Shown here one piece after another: positions 35,633-48,870 of a DNA stretch of 64,000 nt (its first letter is position 1; each line of letters opens with the position of its first letter). The notes under the pieces are model-generated. The model saw nothing but the letters and a program-made list of their open reading frames with translations. It was not told the DNA's origin and searched no databases. The translations under genes were made by a program, and so were the position numbers. The stretch spans positions 290,092-354,091 of the forward strand of contig NIVC01000323.1 in the NCBI GenBank assembly GCA_002269645.1, read 5' to 3'. This DNA comes from Macrostomum lignano. Taxonomy: Eukaryota.

Positions 35633-38580
35633 CGCCCTTTTCCTGCTGCCCCTGCATTGCGGCCTGGCATTGGCGCCCTTTTCCTGCCGCCCCTGCATTG
35701 CGGCCTTGCATTGGCGCCCTTTTCCTGCCGCCCCTGCACTGCGGCCTGGCATTGGCGCCCTTTTCCTGCTGCCCCTGCATTGCGGCCTGGCATTGGCGCC
35801 CTTTTCCTGCTGCCCCTGCATTGCGGCCTGGCATTGGCGCCCTTTTCCTGCTGCCCCTGCATTGCGGCCTGGCATTGGCGCCCTTTTCCTGCCGCCCCTG
35901 CACTGCGGCCTGGCATTGGCGCCCTTTTCCTGCTGCCCCTGCATTGCGGCCTGGCATTGGCGCCCTTTTCCTGCTGCCCCTGCATTGCGGCCTGGCATTG
36001 GCGCCCTTTTCCTGCTGCCCCTGCATTGCGGCCTGGCATTGGCGCCCTTTTCCTGCCGCCCCTGCATTGCGGCCTGGCATTGGCGCCCTTTTCCTGCTGC
36101 CCCTGCACTGCGGCCTGGCATTGGCGCCCTTTTCCTGCCGCCCCTGCACTGCGGCCTGGCATTGGCGCCCTTTTCCTGCCGCCCCTGCACTGCGGCCTGG
36201 CATTGGCGCCCTTTTCCTGCCGCCCCTGCACTGCGGCCTGGCATTGGCGCCCTTTTCCTGCTGCCCCTGCACTGCGGCCTGGCATTGGCGCCCTTTTCCT
36301 GCTGCCCCTGCATTGCGGCCTGGCATTGGCGCCCTTTTCCTGCTGCCCCTGCATTGCGGCCTGGCATTGGCGCTCTTTTCCTGCTGCCCCTGCATTGCGG
36401 CCTGGCATTGGCGCCCTTTTCCTGCTGCCCCTGCATTGCGGCCTGGCATTGGCGCCCTTTTCCTGCCGCCCCTGCATTGCGGCCTGGCATTGGCGCCCTT
36501 TTCCTGCTGCCCCTGCACTGCGGCCTGGCATTGGCGCCCTTTTCCTGCCGCCCCTGCACTGCGGCCTGGCATTGGCGCCCTTTTCCTGCCGCCCCTGCAC
36601 TGCGGCCTGGCATTGGCGCCCTTTTCCTGCCGCCCCTGCACTGCGGCCTGGCATTGGCGCCCTTTTCCTGCTGCCCCTGCATTGCGGCCTGGCATTGGCG
36701 CCCTTTTCCTGCCGCCCCTGCACTGCGGCCTGGCATTGGCGCCCTTTTCCTGCCGCCCCTGCACTGCGGCCTGGCATTGGCGCCCTTTTCCTGCTGCCCC
36801 TGCATTGCGGCCTGGCATTGGCGCCCTTTTCCTGCTGCCCCTGCACTGCGGCCTGGCATTGGCGCCCTTTTCCTGCTGCCCCTGCACTGCGGCCTGGCAT
36901 TGGCGCCCTTTTCCTGCCGCCCCTGCACTGCGGCCTGGCATTGGCGCCCTTTTCTTGCCGCCCCTGCACTGCGGCCTGGCATTGGCGCCCTTTTCCTGCT
37001 GCCCCTGCACTGCGGCCTGGCATTGGCGCCCTTTTCCTGCCGCCCCTGCACTGCGGCCTGGCATTGGCGCCCTTTTCCTGCCGCCCCTGCACTGCGGCCT
37101 GGCATTGGCGCCCTTTTCCTGCTGCCCCTGCATTGCGGCCTGGCATTGGCGCCCTTTTCCTGCTGCCCCTGCACTGCGGCCTGGCATTGGCGCCCTTTTC
37201 CTGCTGCCCCTGCATTGCGGCCTGGCATTGGCGCCCTTTTCCTGCTGCCCCTGCACTGCGGCCTGGCATTGGCGCCCTTTTCCTGCTGCCCCTGCATTGC
37301 GGCCTGGCATTGGCGCCCTTTTCCTGCTGCCCCTGCATTGCGGCCTGGCATTGGCGCCCTTTTCCTGCTGCCCCTGCATTGCGGCCTGGCATTGGCGCCC
37401 TTTTCCTGCTGCCCCTGCATTGCGGCCTGGCATTGGCGCCCTTTTCCTGCCGCCCCTGCATTGCGGCCTGGCATTGGCGCCCTTTTCCTGCTGCCCCTGC
37501 ACTGCGGCCTGGCATTGGCGCCCTTTTCCTGCCGCCCCTGCACTGCGGCCTGGCATTGGCGCCCTTTTCCTGCCGCCCCTGCACTGCGGCCTGGCATTGG
37601 CGCCCTTTTCCTGCCGCCCCTGCACTGCGGCCTGGCATTGGCGCCCTTTTCCTGCTGCCCCTGCACTGCGGCCTGGCATTGGCGCCCTTTTCCTGCTGCC
37701 CCTGCATTGCGGCCTGGCATTGGCGCCCTTTTCCTGCTGCCCCTGCATTGCGGCCTGGCATTGGCGCCCTTTTCCTGCTGCCCCTGCATTGCGGCCTGGC
37801 ATTGGCGCCCTTTTCCTGCTGCCCCTGCATTGCGGCCTGGCATTGGCGCCCTTTTCCTGCCGCCCCTGCATTGCGGCCTGGCATTGGCGCCCTTTTCCTG
37901 CTGCCCCTGCACTGCGGCCTGGCATTGGCGCCCTTTTCCTGCCGCCCCTGCACTGCGGCCTGGCATTGGCGCCCTTTTCCTGCCGCCCCTGCACTGCGGC
38001 CTGGCATTGGCGCCCTTTTCCTGCCGCCCCTGCACTGCGGCCTGGCATTGGCGCCCTTTTCCTGCTGCCCCTGCATTGCGGCCTGGCATTGGCGCCCTTT
38101 TCCTGCCGCCCCTGCACTGCGGCCTGGCATTGGCGCCCTTTTCCTGCCGCCCCTGCACTGCGGCCTGGCATTGGCGCCCTTTTCCTGCTGCCCCTGCATT
38201 GCGGCCTGGCATTGGCGCCCTTTTCCTGCTGCCCCTGCACTGCGGCCTGGCATTGGCGCCCTTTTCCTGCCGCCCCTGCACTGCGGCCTGGCATTGGCGC
38301 CCTTTTCCTGCTGCCCCTGCATTGCGGCCTGGCATTGGCGCCCTTTTCCTGCTGCCCCTGCATTGCGGCCTGGCATTGGCGCCCTTTTCCTGCCGCCCCT
38401 GCATTGCGGCCTGGCATTGGCGCCCTTTTCCTGCTGCCCCTGCACTGCGGCCTGGCATTGGCGCCCTTTTCCTGCTGCCCCTGCATTGCGGCCTGGCATT
38501 GGCGCCCTTTTCCTGCTGCCCCTGCACTGTGGCCTGGCATTGGCGCCCTTTTGCTGCTGCCCTGCACTGCGGCCTGGCAT
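35633..38580. repeat. Satellite C large array (~72 x 41 bp)
   Basis: Directly visible; the 41-aa periodicity of the six ~1000-aa ORFs equals three 41-bp units. Confidence 0.97.
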
Positions 38581-39419
38581 GGTTATGACACAAAATGTAT
38601 CAATAAATCGGGAAGAAAATTTAAGATATCATCCTACTAATACAAAGTAGAAATGTAGAAAAGTAAACAAAAACTAATAACTGTTTGATTAAAAAATTGA
38701 AACTGACGAGGGAAACCGAAGATTTATAATAAACAAAGACAATGAAAGCTATAAGAAAAATTGCAAAAACAGATGGAAGTGAAATTCAAGGACCTGTTTG
38801 CTTATGGAGAAGGAGACAAATATGCAAGCTGAAATTAGTAGATAGAGGTGCAGCTGAGATGCGGAAGATCCTGAGAAGTAGAAGTAGAGATCCATTTACA
38901 GACGTGAGTAAAAATATTAAAATTACAAAATTATAACATGGGTTTCAGCATTTGAAATCATATAATTAAGTGCATTGCCTAATAATCAAAAAGTTTTATT
39001 AAAAAGCTGTAGTGTTGAGATAAAGAAAAGCAAAGAACAGTTCCGGAGTAAATTCAGTCATGCAGTTTTGGTTGCTTTTCAAACAATTCCAATTAGCTGA
39101 CATCATGCATGGCCTCCGCCTTATCTACTTGGCGGAATTCCGCTCCAAGGCTCGGAGAGGCGCACGGGTGGCGCCACTTCATTTGCTGCTGGATGGCGCC
39201 AATGGTGCAGCCAGGCGCTCGAAGGCGGGCGTCCAAAAATTGAAGATGCGCTTTGGTCATCGAGCTGACGCCCCTTGAGCATTTGGTGCCTCGGCGCGGT
39301 TGGCAAAGTCTGCCCGCGTGCGTGTTTCGCCATTTGTCGGCCAGCAGCCCATGATGAAGTCTCCAGGCTGAGTGGCTTTCAGCGGCAGAGGAAGCGTCGG
39401 AGCTGGGCTTGCTATCGCC

Positions 39420-39592
39420 TCCGCCGCCCAGCTGCCTCCGCCGCCCAGCTGCCTCCGCCGCCCAGCTGCCTCCGACGCCCAGCTGCCTCCGACGCCCAGC
39501 TGCCTCCGACGCCCAGCTGCCTCCGACGCCCAGCTGCCTCCGACGCCCAGCTGCCTCCGACGCCCAGCTGCCTCCGCCGCCCAGCTGCCTCT
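39420..39592. repeat. 17-bp minisatellite (CGCCCAGCTGCCTCCGA)n
   Basis: ~10 copies visible. Confidence 0.9.
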
Positions 39593-40059
39593 ATACCGCA
39601 AAGGTCATTCAGCGTTTCTGCTGCCTCGGCATCGCTGCTCGGATCTCGCGGCCTCCTTATCACGTCGCCCACAATGTCACCGCATTGTTGGTGGCATTCG
39701 ACTGTTCGAGTCTGTTTAGAAGGGAATTTCGAAGGGAATGAAATTATTTTAATATGCGATCTTCGCTGTTGATTATATGATTATCACAGTTGATTATCTA
39801 TCAGTTGTGAGAGAATTCATTTACCTTTCTATTTTTACGGTGTTCAAGACCAAGAGCTTAAAAAACTCACCTATGGCTGAGACGCAGAACTCCTTCGGCA
39901 CGGTGCAGCTGATCGGCCATCCGTCCTGTTTCTCAGCCGAGTCGCACAGCAGCAGGCCTTGAGTCTCAAGATATTCCGCTAACAACTGAAGAAACTTCGC
40001 ACGGCATCTGCTGACCCATGAGTGGCTCTCGATTTGTGTGCCTTGACACAGGTAAAAAC

Positions 40060-40393
40060 AAATGACCAACAGCTCAATGACCAACAGCTCAATGACCAAC
40101 AGCTCAATGACCAACAGCTAAATGACCAACAGCTCAATGACCAACAGCTCAATGACAAACAGCTCAATGACCAACAGCTCAATGACCAACAGCTAAATGA
40201 CCAACAGCTCAATGACCAACAGCTCAATGACCAACAGCTCAATGACCAACAGCTCAATGACCAACAGCTCAATGACCAACAGCTCAATGACCAACAGCTC
40301 AATGACCAACAGCTCAATGACCAACAGCTCAATGACCAACAGCTCAATGACCAACAGCTCAATGACCAACAGCTCAATGACCAACAGCTCAAT
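40060..40393. repeat. 15-bp minisatellite (AATGACCAACAGCTC)n
   Basis: ~22 copies; source of the NDQQL ORF. Confidence 0.95.
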
Positions 40394-40558
40394 GAGTTTG
40401 AGCAGTGCGCCACTCGGCCATTTTGCAGCAGTGGCGAATCCAGCGGCTGAGCTGAGGGGCTGCTGCGGCCCAACTGAAATTTTGAGCTGCCCTTCTGGCG
40501 ACCCCGCCAGGACAGCCGCTGGGGACCGGCGCCCAAATGCAGCCTCCGCACCGCAGCC

Positions 40559-40875
40559 ATGGCGCCCTTTTCCTGCTGCCCCTGCATTGCGGCCTGGCAT
40601 TGGCGCTCTTTTCCTGCTGCCCCTGCATTGCGGCCTGGCATTGGCGCCCTTTTCCTGCTGTCCTGCACTGCGCCTGGCATTGGCGCCCTTTTCCTGCTGC
40701 CCCTGCATTGCGGCCTGGCATTGGCGCCCTTTTCCTGCTGCCCCTGCATTGCGGCCTGGCATTGGCGCCCTTTTCCTGCTGTCCTGCACTGCGCCTGGCA
40801 TTGGCGCCCTTTTCCTGCTGCCCCTGCATTGCGGCCTGGCATTGGCGCTCTTTTCCTGCTGCCCCTGCATTGCGT
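40559..40875. repeat. Satellite C, second block in spacer 2
   Basis: 41-bp units plus shortened variants. Confidence 0.9.
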
Positions 40876-41615
40876 CATGGCGTCAGTGATGGTGAAGACA
40901 CAGTGCGTGGAAAAACGTGATTGACTTCGGCAGTGAGGCCAGCACTATGTCACAAAAGCATGTAGGATGTAGTTTGATATTTTGATTATTTACTGGGATT
41001 TTACGGTAATTCGCATTCAGTTTTCTTAGAGTTCCTCACACCTCACAACACTTTCTGCATCAATATGCGCTATCCATTGACACACAAAACTCGCAAGCAC
41101 AATAGAATCCTTCAAGGAATACTAAGTGCTCGTAGTTCTTTGAATCGAATCCTTACGGTGCGTTCGCTGCACCAAAGTGCTTTGATGCCTCAAGGCAAAA
41201 TTATCTGTAAAAGAATGCCGATGTAAATGACATTCTAGATGTAAAAAGATGCTGCAGAGCCGAGCGGCCACCCCAGCCGGAAGTTCAGGAGGTGCCGCTT
41301 CTGGCGCTGCAGGCAGCCACCGGCGATTCTGCAAATCTGCAACTGAAAATTCGTCAAATCTCTCAGCACCCCGCACTTTGAAGGCAGCATTGTGGGGCAG
41401 AGAACACCAAAGGTGAGTTTAAGAACTCATGCACAAACTCTTCCATTATTTTTAAATCTATTTGTGAGCTGTAAAAAGCAAGCAAACATACTACAAGCGC
41501 ATTTGAGCAAAGCAACTTCAGCTACTGAAGTACAGATTGGAGAATTTTTTTATTTTTATAGTTTTCTGATCAATACGAAACAGCAGTAAATAAAATAATC
41601 GAATTTTAGTTACTG

Positions 41616-42046
41616 TTCATGACGGAGCTGTCAGGCTGTCAGTCACTGAATGTTCATGAGGGAGCTGTCAGGCTGTCAGTCACTGAATGTTCATGAGGGA
41701 GCTGTCAGTCACTGAATGCTCATGAGGGAGCTGTCAGGCTGTCAGTCACTGAATGTTCATGAGGGAGCTGTCAGTCACTGAATGTTCATGAGGGAGCTGT
41801 CAGGCTGTCAGTCACTGAATGTTCATGAGGGAGCTGTCAGGCTGTCAGTCAGTGAATGTTCATGAGGGAGCTGTCAGGCTGTCAGTCAGTGAATGTTCAT
41901 GAGGGAGCTGTCAGTCACTGAATGCTCATGAGGGAGCTGTCAGGCTGTCAGTCACTGAATGTTCATGAGGGAGCTGTCAGTCACTGAATGTTCATGAGGG
42001 AGCTGTCAGGCTGTCAGTCCCTGAATGTTCATGAGGGAGCTGTCAG
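41616..42046. repeat. Satellite D, spacer 2
   Basis: Directly visible. Confidence 0.95.
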
Positions 42047-42693
42047 ATACATGAGTACATGATGAAAGAACATGAAATCGGTTTGCAGACCGATTGAGGT
42101 GATTCTGCAATAAACCAGGAGCATGTGCACATAATAATTTCAGCATAAAATACAAATACAATTATTTAGGAGAAATATGCAGCAAAATTTCTCAAAAAGC
42201 TCGCGCAAAAGCCAGAAAAGCTTACAAAATTTCGAGTTGAACTCAAGCTGCTGCATCAAGTCTCTCCAGCTTCTCCCTGACCCAGCCGACTTTTGAATTT
42301 TCAAGGTTCATGTAGATAACTGTTACCTGTGCATTTGGCTTGAATGTTGTCATTAAAAAGCATTTACAACCGGGTATTGAAGTCCGCAGAGCAAAGAAGA
42401 CACGCAGTTTGGACGGGAGAAAGCTATTTAGCATGCAGTGTGAAATGAATTGAAGCACAAATGTACAAAACTGCAGTTCATAGCAGGAGGGCTACTCGAT
42501 CTCAATGGCTCATTTCACACTGTCATTTGACATTTGATTGTGCTCATTTCCTCGCAACTGAGTCACCAACAAGGGAAGAACTAGGGAAAATATTCAATTT
42601 ACAAAAAACCCATGGATCAACTGAATTTAGCCGAACAAAATCAGGGACTAAGAAGCAGATTAGGGAGACCGAACATTTAAATCAAGCAATATC

Positions 42694-44764
42694 TTAATAA
42701 TGCGACTCGAATTTGAGGACTCCGGCTGCTGCATCAAGTCTCTTTAGCTTCTGCCTGACCCAGCCGATCTTCTCCTCGTCCTGCGTCTCCATGGCGACGC
42801 GTCTCTCTTCCTCGATCATCTCCATCTGCTGCAGGCTGAGCTCCACGTGCTCGCGGCAGTCGCTGTAGTGAGCCAGAGTGAGCAGCTCCTCCAAGTCCGG
42901 GTCTCCAAGCAGCTGTTCAATCCAATGATCGAATGCGATTGCAGGTGCGCGATTGCGGAGCAGCTCAGCTTGGAGACTCCAGCTCAGGCAGCGGAAGTTC
43001 ACGTACAGGTGGGAGGAGAGAGGCTGCGACAGTCTGGCTGTGAACAGAGTCTGCGTGAACTCGGGAAGGAATGGGAAGCGAGGCGGAGAGTCGCAGGGGA
43101 GGCAGAACCTCCACGCCCAGTCTGAGTCTTCTGGCAAATTAGTTTCTCTGATGAATTCTATCCCTTCAATATCCTGTGGCATCAACCCTAACTGAACCTG
43201 ATGTCTCTGCAGCTCCATCGCAAGTCTCTCCGAATCTTCGGATTCTCCGAACTTCAAATGCGCCATAGCGGTCATGCACAGGGCGGCGCACTTGCACCAC
43301 TGCAGCTCATGCAGGAGACTGAGCTGCCTCATCAGGGTGTCTCTGTCGCTCGATTCCGACTGCAGCTCGCTCACACACTGGTGCACCACACTGTACACGT
43401 CTGCGAACTTATTGTAAAACCCTGACCACTTAGTTCCTTTCCTGATCTCCGTGACAGCAGGCGGCGCTGTCAGAGGCAACAGAGTGAACGGGTGAAAGTA
43501 GAACTTCTCTGACTGCAGAGGTCTCACGAGTCTCCTCAGCTGCTCGACCACTCCGCCGATGCGCTTCTCAGCTCACAAAGTCGGTCTCGAACCCTCGCCT
43601 TCGTGTTGTCGAAGTCGCCGCCGATTCCAGCGTTCTTGAAGTAGAGCGGAGCTTTGGGCATGAAGAAGTGCGGCATGCACTCATCGGGCGAGCTGCTCGA
43701 GTCGATGAAGCTCAGCATCAAGTCGAGAGACTCGTTGAGCAGAGCGATCAGATTGTGGGGCTTCCAAGCCTCACTTGAAGGATCTGTGCCATGCTTCTCC
43801 AGCATTGTGAAGAGTAGAGTCTTTGCATGGTAGGTCTTGAGTCCAGGTGTGTCCAGAGTGAGCGGCAAGTGTCTTTTGAAGATGAACTTGATGAGTGTGA
43901 ACAGCTGGCCCTGGACTGTGCTCATGTTTCTCATGATATCTTTCTCATGGAAGCTGAAGCTCACTCTGAGCTCATTGGTCGAGCTCGGTCTGGTCGCCCG
44001 AACAAGGTGTACATTATCATTAATACTCGTATAAGGAAGCAGTTTTTTAATTCCATCTTCACAGAAACTGCTGCAGCACCAGATCGCATAGCACGTGTCC
44101 TGTGCAGGCCGCACACCGCACGCCGTGGCTGCCACTGCAGGTTGGCTGCCTGAAATGCGCAGTGAGCGGAGAGTCGCTTTGTGGAGAGTGAAAAAGATGG
44201 GTTGGTTTGAAACTGCAAATTTTCTCTTGATTAGTTAAGTTTAAGTTTCTAATGAAATATCCTTTAAAAAAGAAAGTTTTTTCACTTATTTGTTTAGCGG
44301 ATCTGCATTCGCATTCAAAGAAGTTGCTGGGAGCTGATTGCATGCAGATTTCAGCATTCTGATGATGAACCCAGCCTCACTCACCTGCGCCTACCGCCAC
44401 CTGTACGTGGCCCTCCTTGTTCTGAAGCCGAGTGGCTGTTTTGCAGGAATCCAGCCAAATTCTTTGTTTACCGGTATTGCAGCCACCTTCCAGATGGAAC
44501 TCTTGCCCAGCAACCAGCACATTCCAGTCAATGTCCGAGTCTGCAGCTGTCCTGCCGTTCACTTGCACCAGACTGTTGGCCCAGCCCTCTGCGTAGCTGC
44601 CCGTCATCTGCCTGCCATCCTGTGTGAGGACTCGAGCGACTCCTTCCAGCCAGTCAGCCAGTCTCTGCTGACGCTTTGCTCTCTGCTCGGTGAATCCCGC
44701 ATCGCTGAGCAGTCGATGCAGCTTCTCGCTCAGACGTCTGTCTTGCTGGGAGTCGTCTGAGAGC
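42694..44764 (-). CDS. Copy 3 NTase/Mab-21 half (frameshifted)
   Basis: GSYAEG...DSDID; QDTCYAI; HLV; SFSFHEK; LKTYHAKTLLF. Confidence 0.8.
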
Positions 44765-44818
44765 CTGGAATGATCCGAGATGCGTGTGGGGGACTTTCTC
44801 AAGTTGGATGGACAGAAC

Positions 44819-45609
44819 AAGCAGGAGAGCTGAGAGTGCAGCTGCTGCAGCACTCAGACTGGCATCTCAAGCAGGAGAGCTGAGAGTGCAGCTGCTGCAG
44901 CACTCAGACTGGCATCTCAAGCAGGAGAGCTGAGAGTGCAGCTGCTGCAGCACTCAGACTGGCATCTCAAGCAGGAGAGCTGAAAGTGCAGCTGCTGCAG
45001 CACTCAGACTGGCATCTCAAGCAGGAGAGCTGAGAGTGCAGCTGCTGCAGCACTCAGACTGGCATCTCAAGCAGGAGAGCTGAGAGTGCAGCTGCTGCAG
45101 CACTCAGACTGGCATCTCAAGCAGGAGAGCTGAAAGTGCAGCTGCTGCAGCACTCAGACTGGCAATCTCAAGCAGGAGAGCTGAGAGTGCAGCTGCTGCA
45201 GCACTCAGACTGGCATCTCAAGCAGCAGAGCTGAGAGTGCAGCTGCTGCAGCACTCAGACTGGCATCTCAAGCAGGAGAGCTGAGAGTGCAGCTGCTGCA
45301 GCACTCAGACTGGCATCTCAAGCAGGAGAGCTGAGAGTGCAGCTGCTGCAGCACTCAGACTGGCATCTCAAGCAGGAGAGCTGAGAGTGCAGCTGCTGCA
45401 GCACTCAGACTGGCATCTCAAGCAGGAGAGCTGAGAGTGCAGCTGCTGCAGCACTCAGACTGGCATCTCAAGCAGGAGAGCTGAGAGTGCAGCTGCTGCA
45501 GCACTCAGACTGGCATCTCAAGCAGGAGAGCTGAGAGTGCAGCTGCTGCAGCACTCAGACTGGCATCTCAAGCAGGAGAGCTGAGAGTGCAGCTGCTGCA
45601 GCACTCAGT
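44819..45609. repeat. Satellite E, copy 3 (~16 units)
   Basis: Same 50-bp unit at the same intronic position as in copy 2. Confidence 0.95.
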
Positions 45610-46154
45610 CCAATTCAATCTCAGCCCTCCTGAGTTTCGCTGCAATTTCTGCCCCAAGCTGCCAGCCTGTTGGAAGGCGCAATGCGACAGTGAAAGCCGA
45701 ACCGGTCAGACTCACCGATGGAGGCCCGAATCCAAGAGGTGAGCGGCTGCCTGTCGGGCCCCTGGGCTTCTGCAATGCAGGAAGGAAAGGAATTTCTTAC
45801 AGCATTTGAGTCTAAGATTTTCAAAGTCAAAAATGCAAAGCAGAGGCAGGCAGAAGCAGAATACCGAGAGAAAGCAGACAATTAGCAAGAGAGAGTCGAG
45901 TCAATACCGGGAATACCACCACTTCAAAGAGAAGATCGCTTGCTGGACCGGAGATTGGTTAGTTGAATCGGGCTCGATTTGTTAGTTGAAAATACTGAAG
46001 CGGCTGCGGTCTGCAGTGAGCTGCACCTGAGCAAACCGCTGCCCAGATAGGGGCTGCTCACGAAATCATGATATCACGAAAACAGCGAGTGACCATCCTA
46101 TAATACGAGCTAGGACTCCTATTGTTCGAAAAACCGGTTTTTGAACTTCTGTTT

Positions 46155-46470
46155 TAATAATAATAATAGTATTTGACTACATCTGGCCTAATAGGTCGAT
46201 GGGCAACCGACAGCTCAGCCGCAGCTATTGCGCGGCGCATCTGAAGACTGCGTATGGCTGTTCAGTCCAAGGACTGGGGGGGTCGCCACACACAACCTCA
46301 ATTACCCCAGCTAATGCCGGCACCCATTTTACAGCTGGGTGAACTGAAGCAATGCAGAGTTAAGTGTCTTGCTCAGGGACACAAATTGTTCCGAGTCGGT
46401 CGAGAATCGAACACACGACCTTCCACCGACGCTCTAACCACTAGGCACTATCACTAGGCACCTACTAGGC
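46155..46470 (-). mobile_element. tRNA/CORE-like SINE, copy 3 counterpart
   Basis: Counterpart of 29067-29370; CORE-like CCTGAGCAAGACACTTAACTCT...CAGCTGTAAAATGGGTG. Confidence 0.65.
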
Positions 46471-47229
46471 ATCACCACTACTTTTAGAACTTCCGAATAT
46501 GGCAAATGCTAACCTGAATGTGGTCTAAGTCTCACCCTTTTTATTCAAAAAACCCCACCTGTCAAATGATAGAATTTCTTTTTTGACCTCATCAAAAAAT
46601 GGGTAGAGGCCATGTTCGGATCAAATCATGTATAAATACAAACGTAAAATCCGAGCTGAAAAGAGATCTTGAGTTTGCTAGAGCAGCATAACGAGGCAAT
46701 TGTTATTTAGTTATTGATAGCTGCGCATTGTCGGCCGTTACTAATCTGTCGATTTATATTGAGCTATTGAATTTGAGGCCTCCATAGTCCTATGGGATTG
46801 GATACTCGTAGGATCCGCGACCGATTCCGAAACTCTTAGACGATGTTTGATTGATTGAGTTTGGTACCCAAGAGTACCCGATATGAGCACAGGACTCCGA
46901 TTCCGTTACTTCTAGAAACATACGCTCTTTTGGAGGACCTCGCTATTGTCCTAGAGTTGAGTTTATTACTAGGGCGCATCCCGGATATCGGTATTTACTG
47001 ATTAAAAGAAATACATTAACGTCGACGGATCAATTTGTTAAATTCATTAAAATGCTATCATATTCAGCCGCCTTCAGAATCTTAAGAAATCCGGAGCAGG
47101 AAGACTTGAGTAGACAAGCTCTACGGACCAGCACGACAAAGAGGAGCCCGCAATAGTAAGTGATCACTGAATTCGGTCACTTACTTGCGATCTGGAAAAA
47201 GGAGTTCGTGAGCTTAGACACTAGACTTA

Positions 47230-47272
<43 letters not shown>

Positions 47273-47407
47273 GTCTCTCTCTCTCTTTCTCTTTCTGTCC
47301 CTTTCTCTCTAGTGTGCTAAAGCGAGCTCTTCAACATTACAGAAGTACTTACTTTACTAAAACGCGATAAAGTACTCAAAAGTTTGCGAAATTTTCGCTT
47401 CACTCAC

Positions 47408-48870
47408 CCCGCTCCACTGGGATCCAGTAGCCGCAGCACCTGCCGCTGCTCAAACCGCTGTGCCACCTGTGCACACGTCAGACCCCGACCGTCTCGATGA
47501 CTCGCATCCGCTCCTCTGTCCATCAGAACCTTGGCTGCTCGCGCGTGACCGGCTTCGCACGCTCGTGACAGAGCAGTCCGACCCTGACTGTCTTCAGCAC
47601 GCACTGACGCACCGAGATCGATGAGCTTCTCAATGAGCTCGTGATGACCTGCATCAGCTGCCAGCATAAGAGCAGTGGCTCCAGTGCTGTCTGGCAGATC
47701 GACATGCTCTGTGCTGACTCGCTCATCATTGATCAGTGTGACAGCAAGAGCGACGTGTCTTTGAGAGATGGAGAGACAAAGCAGCTCTGTGATGCGAGCT
47801 GGCTGCATTCGAGAGAGGGTGTCGTTGAGAACAGAGTTTATGCCTTCGATGGCCATTGCTGCAGTGAAGCTGAGGATGGTGCTGGATTGGAAGAGCCAGT
47901 CGGGCTCGAGGCCGAGGGAGGCAACGACATCTTCGAAAAGACGAGAGCAAGCCGCGACTGCGCATTGGAAACGAAGATTCGCTCTTTGATCCGGACTTGA
48001 GAGACACGAGATGAGGAACTTGACGACTTTTTCTTGATTCGATTCTGCAGCAGATTTGGCAGAGTCAATGCAGAACTGATCTCTTTTTGTTGGGTCAGCG
48101 ACTGTCTGCACCAGAAACTTCACCACTTTTAACTGACCCTCGGTTGCAGCAGATTCGGCAGCCTCGATGCAGCACTGATCTCTTTTTGTTTGTTCAGAGA
48201 CTGTCTGCACAAGAAACTTCACCACTTCTAATTGACCATTGATTGCTGCAGCTTTTGCTACCTTCCTGCAGAACTGATCTCTTTTTGTTTGTTCAGAGAC
48301 TGTCTGCACAAGAAACTTCACCACTTCTAATTGACCATTGATTGCTGCAGATTTTGCTGCCTTCCTGCAGCACTGATCTTTGTTTGTCCGGTCAGCTATT
48401 GTCTGCACCAGAAACTTTACCACTTCTAACTGACCTTTGTATGCGCCTTGTTTTGCTGCCTCAATGTAGCACTGATCTCTGTTTGTTTGGTCAGTGACTT
48501 TCTGCACCAGAAACTTCACCACATCCCACTCACCAGCGAATCCAGCATATTCCGCAGTCCCCATGCAGCACTGATCTCTGTTAATTTGGTCAAGGATTGT
48601 CTGCACCAGAAACTTCACCACATCCCACTCACCAGCGGATGCAGCATATTCCGCAGCCCCAATGCAGCACAGATCTCTGTTTTCTCGGTCAGCGACTGTG
48701 GGCACGAGAAATTTCACAACCTCCCACTGTCTTTCTTTAGCTGCAATTGGCACACATTTTTCACAAAAGTTTGTTTTATCTGTCTCGCTTTTCTGAAGCT
48801 GCAAATGATGCTGCAGTGCTTGGATGTCTCCAGCCTTCACGGATTCGTAAGCGCTTTCTCTTTGGCTCAT
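47408..48870 (-). CDS. Copy 3 ankyrin exon (7 atypical repeats)
   Basis: Near-identical to copy 2; phase-2 GTGAGT donor at 47407. Confidence 0.9.

Larger units (their letters stand above)
42694..48870 (-). pseudogene. ANK-cGLR copy 3; 1-bp frameshift near 43560 (true pseudogene or assembly error)
   Basis: Exons 48870-47408, 45769-45716, 44764-44385 and 44149-42694. CCGATGCGC here versus CCGATGTCGC in copies 2 and 4. Confidence 0.7.

Noticed and set aside
35255-38650. Six ORFs of ~1000 aa
   Set aside because: They are translations of a stop-free 41-bp satellite, open in all frames and with no unique domain.
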